A DNA stretch of 64,000 nt from Candidatus Zixiibacteriota bacterium (GTDB lineage Bacteria > Zixibacteria > MSB-5A5 > GN15 > JAAZOE01), in the NCBI GenBank assembly GCA_043819555.1, contig JBDREQ010000073.1:192001-256000 (forward strand). The letters are read 5' to 3'. The position numbers and the translations under genes were made by a program. This document shows, piece after piece, positions 1-9,122 of the stretch (position 1 is the first letter of the stretch; every line of letters starts with the position of its first letter). The notes beneath the pieces are model-generated. The model ran no database searches, was not told the DNA's origin, and worked only from the letters and a program-made list of their open reading frames with translations.

Positions 1-16
1 TATTTAGGGTGGTAAT

Positions 17-1348
17 ATGGAGAAGAAGAAATCAAAAAAGAAACTATTCATAATTTTGGGCGTTATCGTCGGAGTTATTCTGATCGGAGCCATGGTTTAT
101 ATCAATTTACAAAGCTCTTTCCGGTCGGGGATTTCCGTACAGACTGACATTATCGGTCATGCTGATATTGTCTCAAAAGTGTCTGGTTCAGGCAGGGTAG
201 AGCCAAAAACCAAAGTGAATATAGTTTCCGAAGTTAATGCTGAAATTATTAATCTGCCAATCAAGGAAGGCGATTATGTCAGGCGCGGTCAGGTTTTGAT
301 TCAACTGGATACAATTCAGTTAAAATCCGACATGGAATCGGCATTGTATAACGCCAATGAAACCGATGCCCGCGCGGAAGGCGCCAAAGTTCTTTTGGAC
401 CAATATAAGGATGAATTCAATCGTCAAAAGGGCCTCTTTGAAAAAAAATTGACTTCGGAACAGGCATATACTAATGCTAAATATGCATTCCAAAGGCAGG
501 AATCCGAAAATAAGGCGTGGGAGCAGCAGAAAAACGCTGCCCGATCTCGCCTTGATAAGGCTCTTGATAATTTGGGCAAGACAACAATTAAGTCGCCGAT
601 GGAAGGTATTGTGACTTTGGTTGACGCCGAGAAAGGCGAAATAGCGCAGGCTCAGACATCCTTTACTCAGGGCAAAACGCTGATGGTAGTCTCCGATTTA
701 TCGGCCTTCGAAATCGAGGTTGAAATTGATGAAACCGATATCGCCGATCTTGAATTGCATCAGAAAGCTTCAATTGAAATCGATGCTTTTCCCGATACGA
801 CTTTTGCCGGTGAGGTTGTCGAAATTGGAAATACCGCTACCCTGGTGGGATTCGGGTCCAGCGACCAGTCAACGAATTTCAAGGTTAAAGTCGCCTTGCT
901 TGATTTGCATCCTAAAATCAGACCGGGCATGTCCTCGACGGTGGATATCGTCACCAATGAGCATAATGATGTATTATCAGTTCCTATTCAAGCGGTTGTT
1001 ATGAGAAAATTCGATCCTGATTCTCTGGCTGCCGATGAAAAACCTGAAGAAGTAACCGATGAAACCGGTGTTGCCAACGCGGCCACGACCCAAGAACCGG
1101 ATTCGGCTAAGGTTAAAAAAAGCAACGGCGATAAAGAAAAAATTGACAAAAAGGGTGTTTTTGTAACTCGTGACGGTATTGCCGAATTTGTCGAAATCGA
1201 AACCGGAATCGTAGACCAGAAAAACTACGAAGTATTATCCGGTTTGGAGGAAGGCGATGAAGTTATAACCGGAAGCTTTAGAACTTTGCGAACTATCAAA
1301 GACGGACAGGCTATAAAAGTCGAAAATCCCGAAAATAAAGAGGAATAA
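17..1348 (+). CDS. Efflux periplasmic adaptor subunit (MacA/HlyD family)
   Basis: N-terminal TM, lipoyl/barrel-sandwich motifs (VSEVNAEI..IKEGDYV..GQ; TTIKSPMEGIV), coiled coil, beta-barrel IRPGMS; precedes ABC ATPase and MacB permeases. Confidence 0.92.
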   Translation: MEKKKSKKKLFIILGVIVGVILIGAMVYINLQSSFRSGISVQTDIIGHADIVSKVSGSGRVEPKTKVNIVSEVNAEIINLPIKEGDYVRRGQVLIQLDTIQLKSDMESALYNANETDARAEGAKVLLDQYKDEFNRQKGLFEKKLTSEQAYTNAKYAFQRQESENKAWEQQKNAARSRLDKALDNLGKTTIKSPMEGIVTLVDAEKGEIAQAQTSFTQGKTLMVVSDLSAFEIEVEIDETDIADLELHQKASIEIDAFPDTTFAGEVVEIGNTATLVGFGSSDQSTNFKVKVALLDLHPKIRPGMSSTVDIVTNEHNDVLSVPIQAVVMRKFDPDSLAADEKPEEVTDETGVANAATTQEPDSAKVKKSNGDKEKIDKKGVFVTRDGIAEFVEIETGIVDQKNYEVLSGLEEGDEVITGSFRTLRTIKDGQAIKVENPENKEE

Positions 1349-2044
1349 TTGAGTATGAGCCTGATACAAGTAGATGACCTGTGGAAAATATATCAAATGG
1401 GTGAAGAACAGGTCAACGCCCTTCGCGGCGTAACTTTACAAATTCGCAAAGGTGAATATGTAGCAATAATGGGACCTTCCGGCTCGGGCAAATCAACACT
1501 GATGAATTTAATCGGCTGCCTTGATACCCCCAGCCGGGGCGTATATTTACTGAACGGGCAGGCGGTAGCCGACTTAAATGATGATGAATTGGCACGTATC
1601 CGAAATAAAGAAATCGGATTCGTGTTTCAAACATTCAACCTGTTACCCCGGGCGACATCACTTCACAATGTCGAACTTCCGTTAATCTACAATGGCACAT
1701 CCCGAGGCGGCCGAACCGAGAAAGCCAAAAAGGCGCTGGAAATAGTCGGCCTTGGAGACCGCATGATGCATAAGCCGAATGAATTATCGGGCGGGCAGCG
1801 TCAAAGGGTTGCAGTTGCGCGGGCCTTGGTCAATAATCCATCAATTATTCTGGCCGATGAACCGACTGGCAATCTCGATACAACCACCGGCGACGAAATC
1901 ATGGATTTACTTTCTGATTTACACCGACAGGGCAATACTGTTATCGTAGTCACGCACGAATATTCTATTGCACAAAAAGCACAGCGCATCATTTTCCTCC
2001 GGGACGGCGCAATTGAAAAAGAAGAATACCGGGAAGCCGGTTGA
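1349..2044 (+). CDS. ABC transporter ATP-binding protein (MacB/LolD family)
   Basis: Walker A GPSGSGKS, signature LSGGQRQR, Walker [13 protein letters not shown]; start may be ATG 1355. Confidence 0.96.
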   Translation: MSMSLIQVDDLWKIYQMGEEQVNALRGVTLQIRKGEYVAIMGPSGSGKSTLMNLIGCLDTPSRGVYLLNGQAVADLNDDELARIRNKEIGFVFQTFNLLPRATSLHNVELPLIYNGTSRGGRTEKAKKALEIVGLGDRMMHKPNELSGGQRQRVAVARALVNNPSIILADEPTGNLDTTTGDEIMDLLSDLHRQGNTVIVVTHEYSIAQKAQRIIFLRDGAIEKEEYREAG

Positions 2045-3294
2045 GTTTCAATAATTATCGAAGGATAAATAAATTGCAGTCTCTGGAATCAATAAAGCTC
2101 GCCCTCCAGGCTTTGTGGGGTAATAAACTCCGCTCTGGCTTGACCCTGTTTGCCGTCATCATTGGCGTGACATCGGTAATAACGATAATCTCCGCCGTCG
2201 AAGGATTTATGAGCAGTATTGAAGATTCTTTGAGCGTTCTTGGCCCGTCGTCTTTTATTGTAACTAAATTTGGAATGATAACCACACGGGATGAATATCT
2301 TGATGCCCTGAAGCGAAAAGACCTGACTATGGAAGACAGGGATGCTATCGAAAAAGGGTGCCAGGATTGCGAAGCGGTGGCGGCACGCGCTTATCGATTC
2401 AGAACGATAAAACGAAAAAACAATAGCCTGAATAATGTGCCTATCGCCGGAGCAACGGCCAATTTCATGCAAGTATTGGATTTTGAGGTTGGGCAGGGGC
2501 GATCTATGACTGAGATGGAATATTTGCATAAAAGACAGGTCGCTTTTATCGGCCCAACTGTGCAGGAGGAATTATTTCCGGATGAAGACCCGATTGGGAA
2601 AATTCTTAAAATAGGCGGCCGCAAATTTAAGGTTATAGGTATTGCGCTCAAGCGTGGTTCGACGATGGGCAATAATCAGGATAATTTCGTTCTGATCCCC
2701 TTATCCACTCAGGTAAAACTTTTCGGTAAGCCCCGTCACAATCTGGACCTTGTTATTAAAGCAACGTCCGTCGAAAAAACTATTGATACCCAGGATCAGG
2801 TCCGTTCGATACTGCGCGCCCGCCGAGGCGTTTCATACTATGATGATGATGACTTTGGTCTTTTAACGGCAGAAAGCATAATGGCCTTCGTGAACAATAT
2901 CACGCGCATACTTCGTTTTGTGCTGATCGGAGTTTCTTCTATTGCTTTAGTCGTCGGTGGAGTTGTGATTATGAATATCATGATGGTTTCGGTAACAGAG
3001 AGAACTCGCGAAATAGGCATTCGCAAATCCATTGGCGCTCGTCGCAAAAATATTATGATGCAGTTTCTCTACGAAGCTTTAATTCTGTCCCTTGGGGGAG
3101 GCATTATTGGAACCGCATTGGGAATTATTGTCGCAATTGTTCTGGGGAGTCAAATTTCTCTTCCGATTACGCCGTCCTTATTTGCTATCATAGCCGGAAT
3201 GCTTATCTCCACCGGCGTCGGTGTATTTTTCGGAATCTATCCGGCTATGAGAGCGGCCAAACTTGATCCAATCAAAGCCTTAAGTTACGAGTAA
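2041..3294 (+). CDS. MacB/FtsX-like ABC permease
   Basis: NKLRSGLT N-terminus, periplasmic domain, [20 protein letters not shown]-terminal [16 protein letters not shown]. Confidence 0.95.
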   Translation: MSFNNYRRINKLQSLESIKLALQALWGNKLRSGLTLFAVIIGVTSVITIISAVEGFMSSIEDSLSVLGPSSFIVTKFGMITTRDEYLDALKRKDLTMEDRDAIEKGCQDCEAVAARAYRFRTIKRKNNSLNNVPIAGATANFMQVLDFEVGQGRSMTEMEYLHKRQVAFIGPTVQEELFPDEDPIGKILKIGGRKFKVIGIALKRGSTMGNNQDNFVLIPLSTQVKLFGKPRHNLDLVIKATSVEKTIDTQDQVRSILRARRGVSYYDDDDFGLLTAESIMAFVNNITRILRFVLIGVSSIALVVGGVVIMNIMMVSVTERTREIGIRKSIGARRKNIMMQFLYEALILSLGGGIIGTALGIIVAIVLGSQISLPITPSLFAIIAGMLISTGVGVFFGIYPAMRAAKLDPIKALSYE

Positions 3295-3298
3295 AGTT

Positions 3299-4549
3299 AT
3301 GATAAGTCTTATTGAAATAAGAGACGGTATCACTCTGGCAATGGATGCGATTAAATCTAACAAGTTCAGGGCTGGTATGACGATTTTGGGTGTCCTGATT
3401 GCGGTCGCGACTGTTTTGGGGCTTGCTTCGATTATCGCAGGGCTTGACAAAAAACTTATTAGTGAAATTGAGGGACTGGGATCGAATGTTATATTTGTAA
3501 CCCGTTTTGAGCCCGATGTAAATAGGGGAGAACTATCGGAAGAAGATAGGAATCGTAAATGGATCGATTTTGAAGCGGCTCAGGCCATACGTGAAAATTG
3601 TCCCTCGGTCTCGGCCGTAGCCCCGGAAAATTACTATTCAGCCGCTGGTGGCAATGTGATTAAGTATAAAAATAACCAGGCCAATTATCCATCTATGTTT
3701 GGAACCCTGCCCGATTATATTAAGGTTACAAATCGAATCGTAGAAAGAGGACGCTTTTTTAACGATTTTGAGGAACAGCGCCGAGCTATGGTGTGCGTCC
3801 TTGGGCAGGAGGTTGCAGAGGCATTATTTCCAAACGATGACCCAATTAATAAGAATATCAGAATTAATAATCGGGAATTTCTGGTAGTCGGCGTATTGGA
3901 AAAACTTGATAACTCGTTCGTCGACGCCGGTTCCGTCAATAATTTCGCCGCTATCCCTTATGGCACTTTTGAAAAACTCATTCCCTGGGAAAAAGCGTTG
4001 TTCCTTAGGGTTTCCGCTGATGGACCCGATAAAATTGACCAGGCTATGGAGGAGATTATCACTACCATGCGAGGGATTCGGGGTATTCCTTATGATAAAG
4101 ACAATGATTTCGCCGTCTGGACGCAGGATAAATTAAAGGATATGGCCGGCGATATCGCCAATGTTATATATATTGCTATGATTGTAATTTCTTCCGTTGG
4201 CCTGATGGTCGGAGGCGTTGGCGTTATGAATATTATGCTGGTTTCGGTCACTGAACGGACTCGCGAAATTGGGGTGCGCAAGGCGATCGGGGCCAGAAGA
4301 ATGAATATCATGATACAATTTTTAACCGAAGCTATGACTCTTTCGGCAACCGGAGGGGTATTAGGCATTATTGCAGGCATTTTACTTGCATTACTCGCAA
4401 AATTGCTCTTTTCACTGCCTTTCACCGTCTCTATATTATGGATGTGTATTGGATTTACCGTATCTATAATGGTGGGATTGGGAGCCGGGATTTATCCGGC
4501 CTACAAAGCGGCTCGAACCGATCCGATTATCTCACTGCGTTATGAATAA
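3299..4549 (+). CDS. MacB/FtsX-like ABC permease (second paralogue)
   Basis: [23 protein letters not shown] and YPAYKAARTDPIISLRYE motifs. Confidence 0.95.
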   Translation: MISLIEIRDGITLAMDAIKSNKFRAGMTILGVLIAVATVLGLASIIAGLDKKLISEIEGLGSNVIFVTRFEPDVNRGELSEEDRNRKWIDFEAAQAIRENCPSVSAVAPENYYSAAGGNVIKYKNNQANYPSMFGTLPDYIKVTNRIVERGRFFNDFEEQRRAMVCVLGQEVAEALFPNDDPINKNIRINNREFLVVGVLEKLDNSFVDAGSVNNFAAIPYGTFEKLIPWEKALFLRVSADGPDKIDQAMEEIITTMRGIRGIPYDKDNDFAVWTQDKLKDMAGDIANVIYIAMIVISSVGLMVGGVGVMNIMLVSVTERTREIGVRKAIGARRMNIMIQFLTEAMTLSATGGVLGIIAGILLALLAKLLFSLPFTVSILWMCIGFTVSIMVGLGAGIYPAYKAARTDPIISLRYE

Positions 4550-4611
4550 TTGGCTTGCCTGAAGCCCAGCCAATATTTAGATTGATTTGTATAAGAGATT
4601 GGTGGTGTAAA

Positions 4612-5934
4612 ATGAATAAGATAAAGAGATTAACCCTGCTAATCATAGCATCTTTGTTGTATCCCGGGATTTCTCTTTCGGATCAAACGGGGTATCGCGG
4701 GTCCGATGAGTATGGTGAGGCTAGATTTGCGATTGATGCCGCAGATTTTTATTCCGGTGAAGATGATAAAAATTTCCTCGAAATTTACTACAAGATATTT
4801 TATGACGCGTTCGGTTATCAAAAATTAGAAAATGGGTACGAGGCTAAATATGAAATTTCGTTTACTGTTACCGGCAATGATAATCATCCAATTGAGGGTA
4901 TTACGAAGAATGGAAAAATAAAAGTCAACAGTTATGCCGAAACCAGACGCTCGGAAGATTTTATCATCAATATGGTTTCGTTTCCATTCGAACCGCAGGA
5001 TATTAAAATTGACGCGTCTTTAACCGATGAATCCGGATCGATTCTGGCTACTATTTCAAAAAAAATACCCAAAAAGTCTTATACCCAAAAATATCCGACA
5101 ATTTCGCGAGTTGAGTTGGCCCATGACATACTCGAATCAACCGATTCATCAAAATTCAATAAAGAGAATATGAGGATTATTCCCAAAGTTATGCGGGTTT
5201 TTGGCGGCGAAGAAGATAGCCTGTTATCGTTTTATCATGAGGTTTATCCGGGAGATAAAAGCGATAAATATACCAAACTGATTATTGGTCTTTACCATCG
5301 CCATAAAGGACTTATGCGAGCTGATACGATTTCCTACGGAGAGATTATTGATGTAAAAAGGGAATTTCAAACCATAAATATCAAGGATATATATCCCGGG
5401 GACTATGAACTGGAATTAAAATTAATCGGGCGTCGAGGCAGAGAGTATGACAAAATAACCGAAGAAATCGAAATGAAATTGACGGGTGAAAGCATGTTTG
5501 TTACAGATTATGAAACGCTGATAGACATGATGAAATACCTGACCAATAATAAAGAGCACAAGAAACTAAAAGACGCCATGACACTGGAGGATCGCCGGCG
5601 CGTTTGGGATGAATTTTGGGCTATCAGGGCATCCGAGGGAAATAGCACGATTAATCCCACCAAAGCAGAGTATTTTCGCCGTGTTCGGCATTCCAATCGG
5701 TATTTCACGTTTATGAATAAAGATGGTTGGAAAACTACTCGGGGCATGGTATATATTACCTACGGTACTCCTGATGAGGTTGAGGATTATCCCTTTGAAT
5801 TGGCTACCAAACCATATCAGATCTGGCATTATTTTCGAAGAAATCCTCCTCGGAACTTTCTTTTTGTCGATGAATGGGGCGATGGGAATTATGAATTGCA
5901 ACCGCCATATGACGGTTTAGGATTTGGGAATTAG
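4612..5934 (+). CDS. GWxTD domain-containing secreted protein
   Basis: Signal-peptide-like N-terminus from ATG 4612; FW...EYFRRV..SN..F...GWKTTRGMVYITYGTPDEVE..YQIWHY..FLFVD motif. Confidence 0.88.
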   Translation: MNKIKRLTLLIIASLLYPGISLSDQTGYRGSDEYGEARFAIDAADFYSGEDDKNFLEIYYKIFYDAFGYQKLENGYEAKYEISFTVTGNDNHPIEGITKNGKIKVNSYAETRRSEDFIINMVSFPFEPQDIKIDASLTDESGSILATISKKIPKKSYTQKYPTISRVELAHDILESTDSSKFNKENMRIIPKVMRVFGGEEDSLLSFYHEVYPGDKSDKYTKLIIGLYHRHKGLMRADTISYGEIIDVKREFQTINIKDIYPGDYELELKLIGRRGREYDKITEEIEMKLTGESMFVTDYETLIDMMKYLTNNKEHKKLKDAMTLEDRRRVWDEFWAIRASEGNSTINPTKAEYFRRVRHSNRYFTFMNKDGWKTTRGMVYITYGTPDEVEDYPFELATKPYQIWHYFRRNPPRNFLFVDEWGDGNYELQPPYDGLGFGN

Positions 5935-5936
5935 TC

Positions 5937-7367
5937 ATGGTACGATTCAATATGATTCTATCCATTGCGATTTTAGCACTGGTAAATATTTCCGGAGCGA
6001 CTGGCAATTCTATGACGTTTATCACTGATTATGCTTCTTTTGCCGATGTGGCGGAAATGCGGCCCTACATTGAAATATATTGCGAGCTAAATCGCGACGA
6101 GTTAGGTTTTATCGGTTCTGATACGAGCGATTATCTATATGCCGGTGTTTATCTCTCGGCGATTGCGTATGATGAATCAGGCGATCCGCAGGATTCTGCG
6201 TCGACCTATTTTCTTAGCCGGGTAAAAAACCGCGAAGAGAGCCAAAAACGAGGGATACAGCTTTTTGATTTATTGGGTCTGCATTTGGCGCCCGGGCGCT
6301 ATCGAATTATATGTTCGGCCATTGATAATGTCTCCAAAAAATCCAGCCAGAATACAATTGTTGCCGAAATTCCGGATTATTTTTTACCGGGCCTGAGATG
6401 CAGTGATCTGCAGGTGGCATTTGAGATACACTCATTTAATGTTGATGATGATTCTCCTGTTAATAAAAGATTAATTAAACAGGACCGGTTAATTATTCCA
6501 AATCCGACCGGTCAATATCAGATCCACCTGAACAAACATATTTGGGTGTATGCCGAGCTCTACGGTCTGTCATTTGAGGGAGAATCCGTTCCTTCCGAAA
6601 ATAAAAAGTTTTTGACAAATTACTCCCTAAAAGACATGAATGGAAATTTAATTCATGATTTCGGCGGGCAGGCCAAGGATAAACCCGGAACTTCAGCTGT
6701 TGTCGTAAACTGTCTGGAACTGCCGTCAATTCCGACAGGGGATTATCATTTGGTTTTTGATGTCACCGATCCGGGCGCCGGTTCAAAAACACTGGCATCC
6801 AAAGCGATTTCAATAATTGCGTCCGAACTGGCGCAAAAGCAATATTCAATTGAAGATATTGAACTGATGAGAAATATAGCGTATTATCATCTTTCGGAGG
6901 CCGAAAAAATCCAGATTGATAAATTATCAATCGAAGGTAAAAGGAATTTTATTCAACAGTTCTGGCGGACACAGGATGATGATCCATCGGACGCGAAAAA
7001 TCCGGTATATGAAGAAGCGGTTCGGAGATTTGTCTATGCCAATGAGATGTTTTCAACGCGAACCGATATCAGGGACGGTTGGACGACCGACCGTGGCCGG
7101 ATTTATATTACTTATGGTCCTTATAATGAATCTGAAACGGTTGAAATGGAGGGCCGCAACTATCCATATCGAAAATGGACCTATTACAATCTGGACGGCC
7201 GCAGAATATTCGTATTTGTCAATGATTTTAAGGCTCAGGTCGGCGATTACCGATTGGTTCATTCGACACATCCAAGGGAAAAATATGATCCCGTTTGGGA
7301 GCAGATTCTGAATGAGAAAGACGATACCAATAGCGATTGGCGTGATACAAGAGACAGTGATTGGTAG
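5937..7367 (+). CDS. GWxTD domain-containing secreted protein
   Basis: Signal peptide; FW..DDDP..NP...RF.YAN..F..GWTTDRGRIYITYGP..W.Y..FVF..YRLVHST motif. Confidence 0.9.
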   Translation: MVRFNMILSIAILALVNISGATGNSMTFITDYASFADVAEMRPYIEIYCELNRDELGFIGSDTSDYLYAGVYLSAIAYDESGDPQDSASTYFLSRVKNREESQKRGIQLFDLLGLHLAPGRYRIICSAIDNVSKKSSQNTIVAEIPDYFLPGLRCSDLQVAFEIHSFNVDDDSPVNKRLIKQDRLIIPNPTGQYQIHLNKHIWVYAELYGLSFEGESVPSENKKFLTNYSLKDMNGNLIHDFGGQAKDKPGTSAVVVNCLELPSIPTGDYHLVFDVTDPGAGSKTLASKAISIIASELAQKQYSIEDIELMRNIAYYHLSEAEKIQIDKLSIEGKRNFIQQFWRTQDDDPSDAKNPVYEEAVRRFVYANEMFSTRTDIRDGWTTDRGRIYITYGPYNESETVEMEGRNYPYRKWTYYNLDGRRIFVFVNDFKAQVGDYRLVHSTHPREKYDPVWEQILNEKDDTNSDWRDTRDSDW

Positions 7368-7400
7368 AATACTTGCACAAAAATATGTTTATGATTTCAG

Positions 7401-7427
7401 GAACCGGCGATAGCGCCGGTTCTTTTT
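7401..7427 (+). terminator. Intrinsic terminator between convergent GWxTD and HesB-like genes
   Basis: GAACCGGCG-ATAG-CGCCGGTTC followed by TTTTT. Confidence 0.8.
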
Positions 7428-7438
7428 ATTTATTCGCT

Positions 7439-7798
7439 TTACTTTTCTGATTCAGATTCGCATCCGGAATCGGTATTACATCCTTTGCAATCATGCCCCG
7501 AGGGTTTCTCCTTAGTCGCAACAACAAATCCCCTGCGATCAGGTCCTTCATCTATGAAGTCAATGGCGACGCCACCAAATTGCTGCAACTGCTCCACTAA
7601 AGCAGGATGCATGAATACATCTATGCCGTTGGAATTGAAGTTGCTCAGACTATCTTCGGGCTCATCCAGAGCCAAACCCAAAACGGGTCCGCTTCAACCA
7701 TACCCCATAAAATTGACAAATAAACTTTTCCCCTTGGCGTTATCGGACTGCAAAACTTTATTAAGCTCCACAGATGCAAGTTCTGAGATGGTTACCAT
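7439..7798 (-). CDS. HesB/IscA-like (A-type Fe-S carrier-like) protein, probable selenoprotein (UGA at codon 35), 119 aa
   Basis: Manual translation from ATG 7798 (SD GGGAGA): MVTISELASVELNKVLQSDNAKGKSLFVNFMGYG-TGA(7696-7694)-SGPVLGLALDEPEDS... continuing in frame into ORF 7439..7681; GxGU(S/G)GPxLGLALDE is the HesB-like selenoprotein motif; Cys-rich tail CKGC..C. Confidence 0.88.
7655..7676 (-). promoter_or_regulatory. Candidate bacterial SECIS hairpin of the HesB-like gene
   Basis: mRNA UUU-GGCUC-UGGAU-GAGCC-C-GAA; core stem starts 21 nt and G-containing loop 26 nt after the UGA. Confidence 0.6.
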
Positions 7799-7869
7799 CC
7801 AATTCTCCCGGTTCTATGTTGGCCTTCCTTCGGCCAATTGCTGGTCGTCATTTATATTTTTAGAAACGC

Positions 7870-7898
7870 ATTATAGTATATTTTTGTGCCTGCGTAAA
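7870..7898 (-). promoter_or_regulatory. Sigma70-type promoter for the HesB-like gene
   Basis: Minus strand TTTACG-17 bp-TATAAT. Confidence 0.55.
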
Positions 7899-7902
7899 GA
7901 AC

Positions 7903-7930
7903 AAAAAAAAACCGCCGAAAAAATCGGCGG
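7903..7930 (-). terminator. Intrinsic terminator after the DUF1573-like gene
   Basis: Minus strand CCGCCGA-TTTTT-TCGGCGG followed by T9. Confidence 0.85.
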
Positions 7931-7954
7931 CTGTAATTTGCACTCGGAATTTAT

Positions 7955-8695
7955 TTACTGTGAACCGACACTGCCGGCTTGAGCTTTTTTGCCTCCAATT
8001 AATCGCCTGATTATAGGAACCGAAAAACGCGTCTTGGTCGGATCATTAAGCTCCAATGTGATTGATTTTTCAAAACTCTGATTGAGGTGATCCTCATTGA
8101 CCTTGATTTTGCATTCAGCCGTTTCGCCGGCTTTTACTTCATCCGGCAAATAAATTTGTAAATAACCGTAAGGTTCACTTACGATTTTCAATTCCAAATC
8201 TTCGTCTGAAACATTAGTTACCGTAAATTTGGCCTCATCAACCTCGACTTCACCGGCTCGTGAAACGTAAATCCGATATGGCTTAAACACTACCGGATAA
8301 GTTGAGTCAGGTTGCCGTACAGAATGAACGCTAATGGTAACCCGCTTGGTGGGCGGGCCTTCATTAGTAGAAATGGCGGGGCGTTTACTCGCCGGCCCAA
8401 CTTTTTGACCGGTTGAATAAATAATTTCCAATTCAGTGCTGTCGCCGACAGCAAGCTCCTTCTTTGTTAACGGAGCCTTGGTGCAGCCTCAGCCAGGCTT
8501 TACGTCTAATATCTTCAGCGAATCATCCCCAACCGATTTAATCCAGAATACATGGGATACTTTGCAATCCTGGGGCACAAACCCAAAATCAAATGAGGTT
8601 TCGGGAAGAAGCATTTTCGGCACTGCCATTGCCTGTGAAGATATGAGAGCCATTAAGAGGATTGTTAAGAAAACACTAATCAATAATTTGCGCAT
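7955..8695 (-). CDS. Secreted DUF1573-like (Ig-fold) protein with in-frame UGA at codon 69, probable selenoprotein, 246 aa
   Basis: ORF 8489..8695 (SD GGAGGA, signal peptide, FDFG..V..F.IK..GDDSLKILDVKPG) ends at TGA 8491-8489; the same frame continues GCTKAPLTKKELAVGDSTELEIIY.. into ORF 7955..8431; PG-U-GCT matches the DUF1573 xxCGCT motif. Confidence 0.8.
8438..8478 (-). promoter_or_regulatory. Candidate SECIS-like hairpins 3' of the UGA in the DUF1573-like gene
   Basis: mRNA AGGCUCC-GUUAACAAAGAA-GGAGCUU (+11..+36) followed directly by GCUGUC-GGC-GACAGC (+37..+51). Confidence 0.4.
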
Positions 8696-8788
8696 TTATC
8701 CTCCATTTTAGTATATAAGTCATCAGCCTATTATATTGTCATCGGCGCGATAAGTTTCAAATTTATCAATTCGAACCAATTTGTTAAA

Positions 8789-8816
8789 AATCTAATACTT
8801 TTCAACCGTATGTCAA
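8789..8816 (-). promoter_or_regulatory. Possible sigma70 promoter for the DUF1573-like gene
   Basis: Minus strand TTGACA-16 bp-TAGATT. Confidence 0.4.
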
Positions 8817-9059
8817 GGAATATACGAATTCATTTTGGAATTCGTTTTATACATATTCCATTATTTTATGTCTCTATATATAGACGCTTATAACTTAATC
8901 TTGGTTACGCTCAAAATTCACTCATACTCCAATATAGTTGTAATTATTCGACTCGTTTCCAGCAATAATCTAATCCCTTGAAATCGTATAATTTAAAATT
9001 CCGTATCACAAATTAATATCACATTCTGTACTTTTTTCAAATATCTTCCGATTATATGA

Positions 9060-9088
9060 TTGACAACTGCACGAATGGGCAGTATAAG
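9060..9088 (+). promoter_or_regulatory. lexA promoter with an SOS-box-like palindrome in the spacer
   Basis: TTGACA-17 bp-TATAAG; the spacer holds ACTGC-ACGAATGG-GCAGT (9066-9083). Confidence 0.75.
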
Positions 9089-9122
9089 GTAGTAGAATAA
9101 AGCCTGTTTTTCAGGAGGATAA

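Noticed and set aside
7485..7982. 165-aa plus-strand Cys-rich ORF
   Set aside because: Antisense to the HesB-like gene and runs through its promoter and the upstream terminator; the minus-strand reading has clear family motifs.
8700..9060. AT-rich intergenic region as a possible ncRNA or CRISPR leader
   Set aside because: No repeats or stable structure seen; consistent with divergent promoters.
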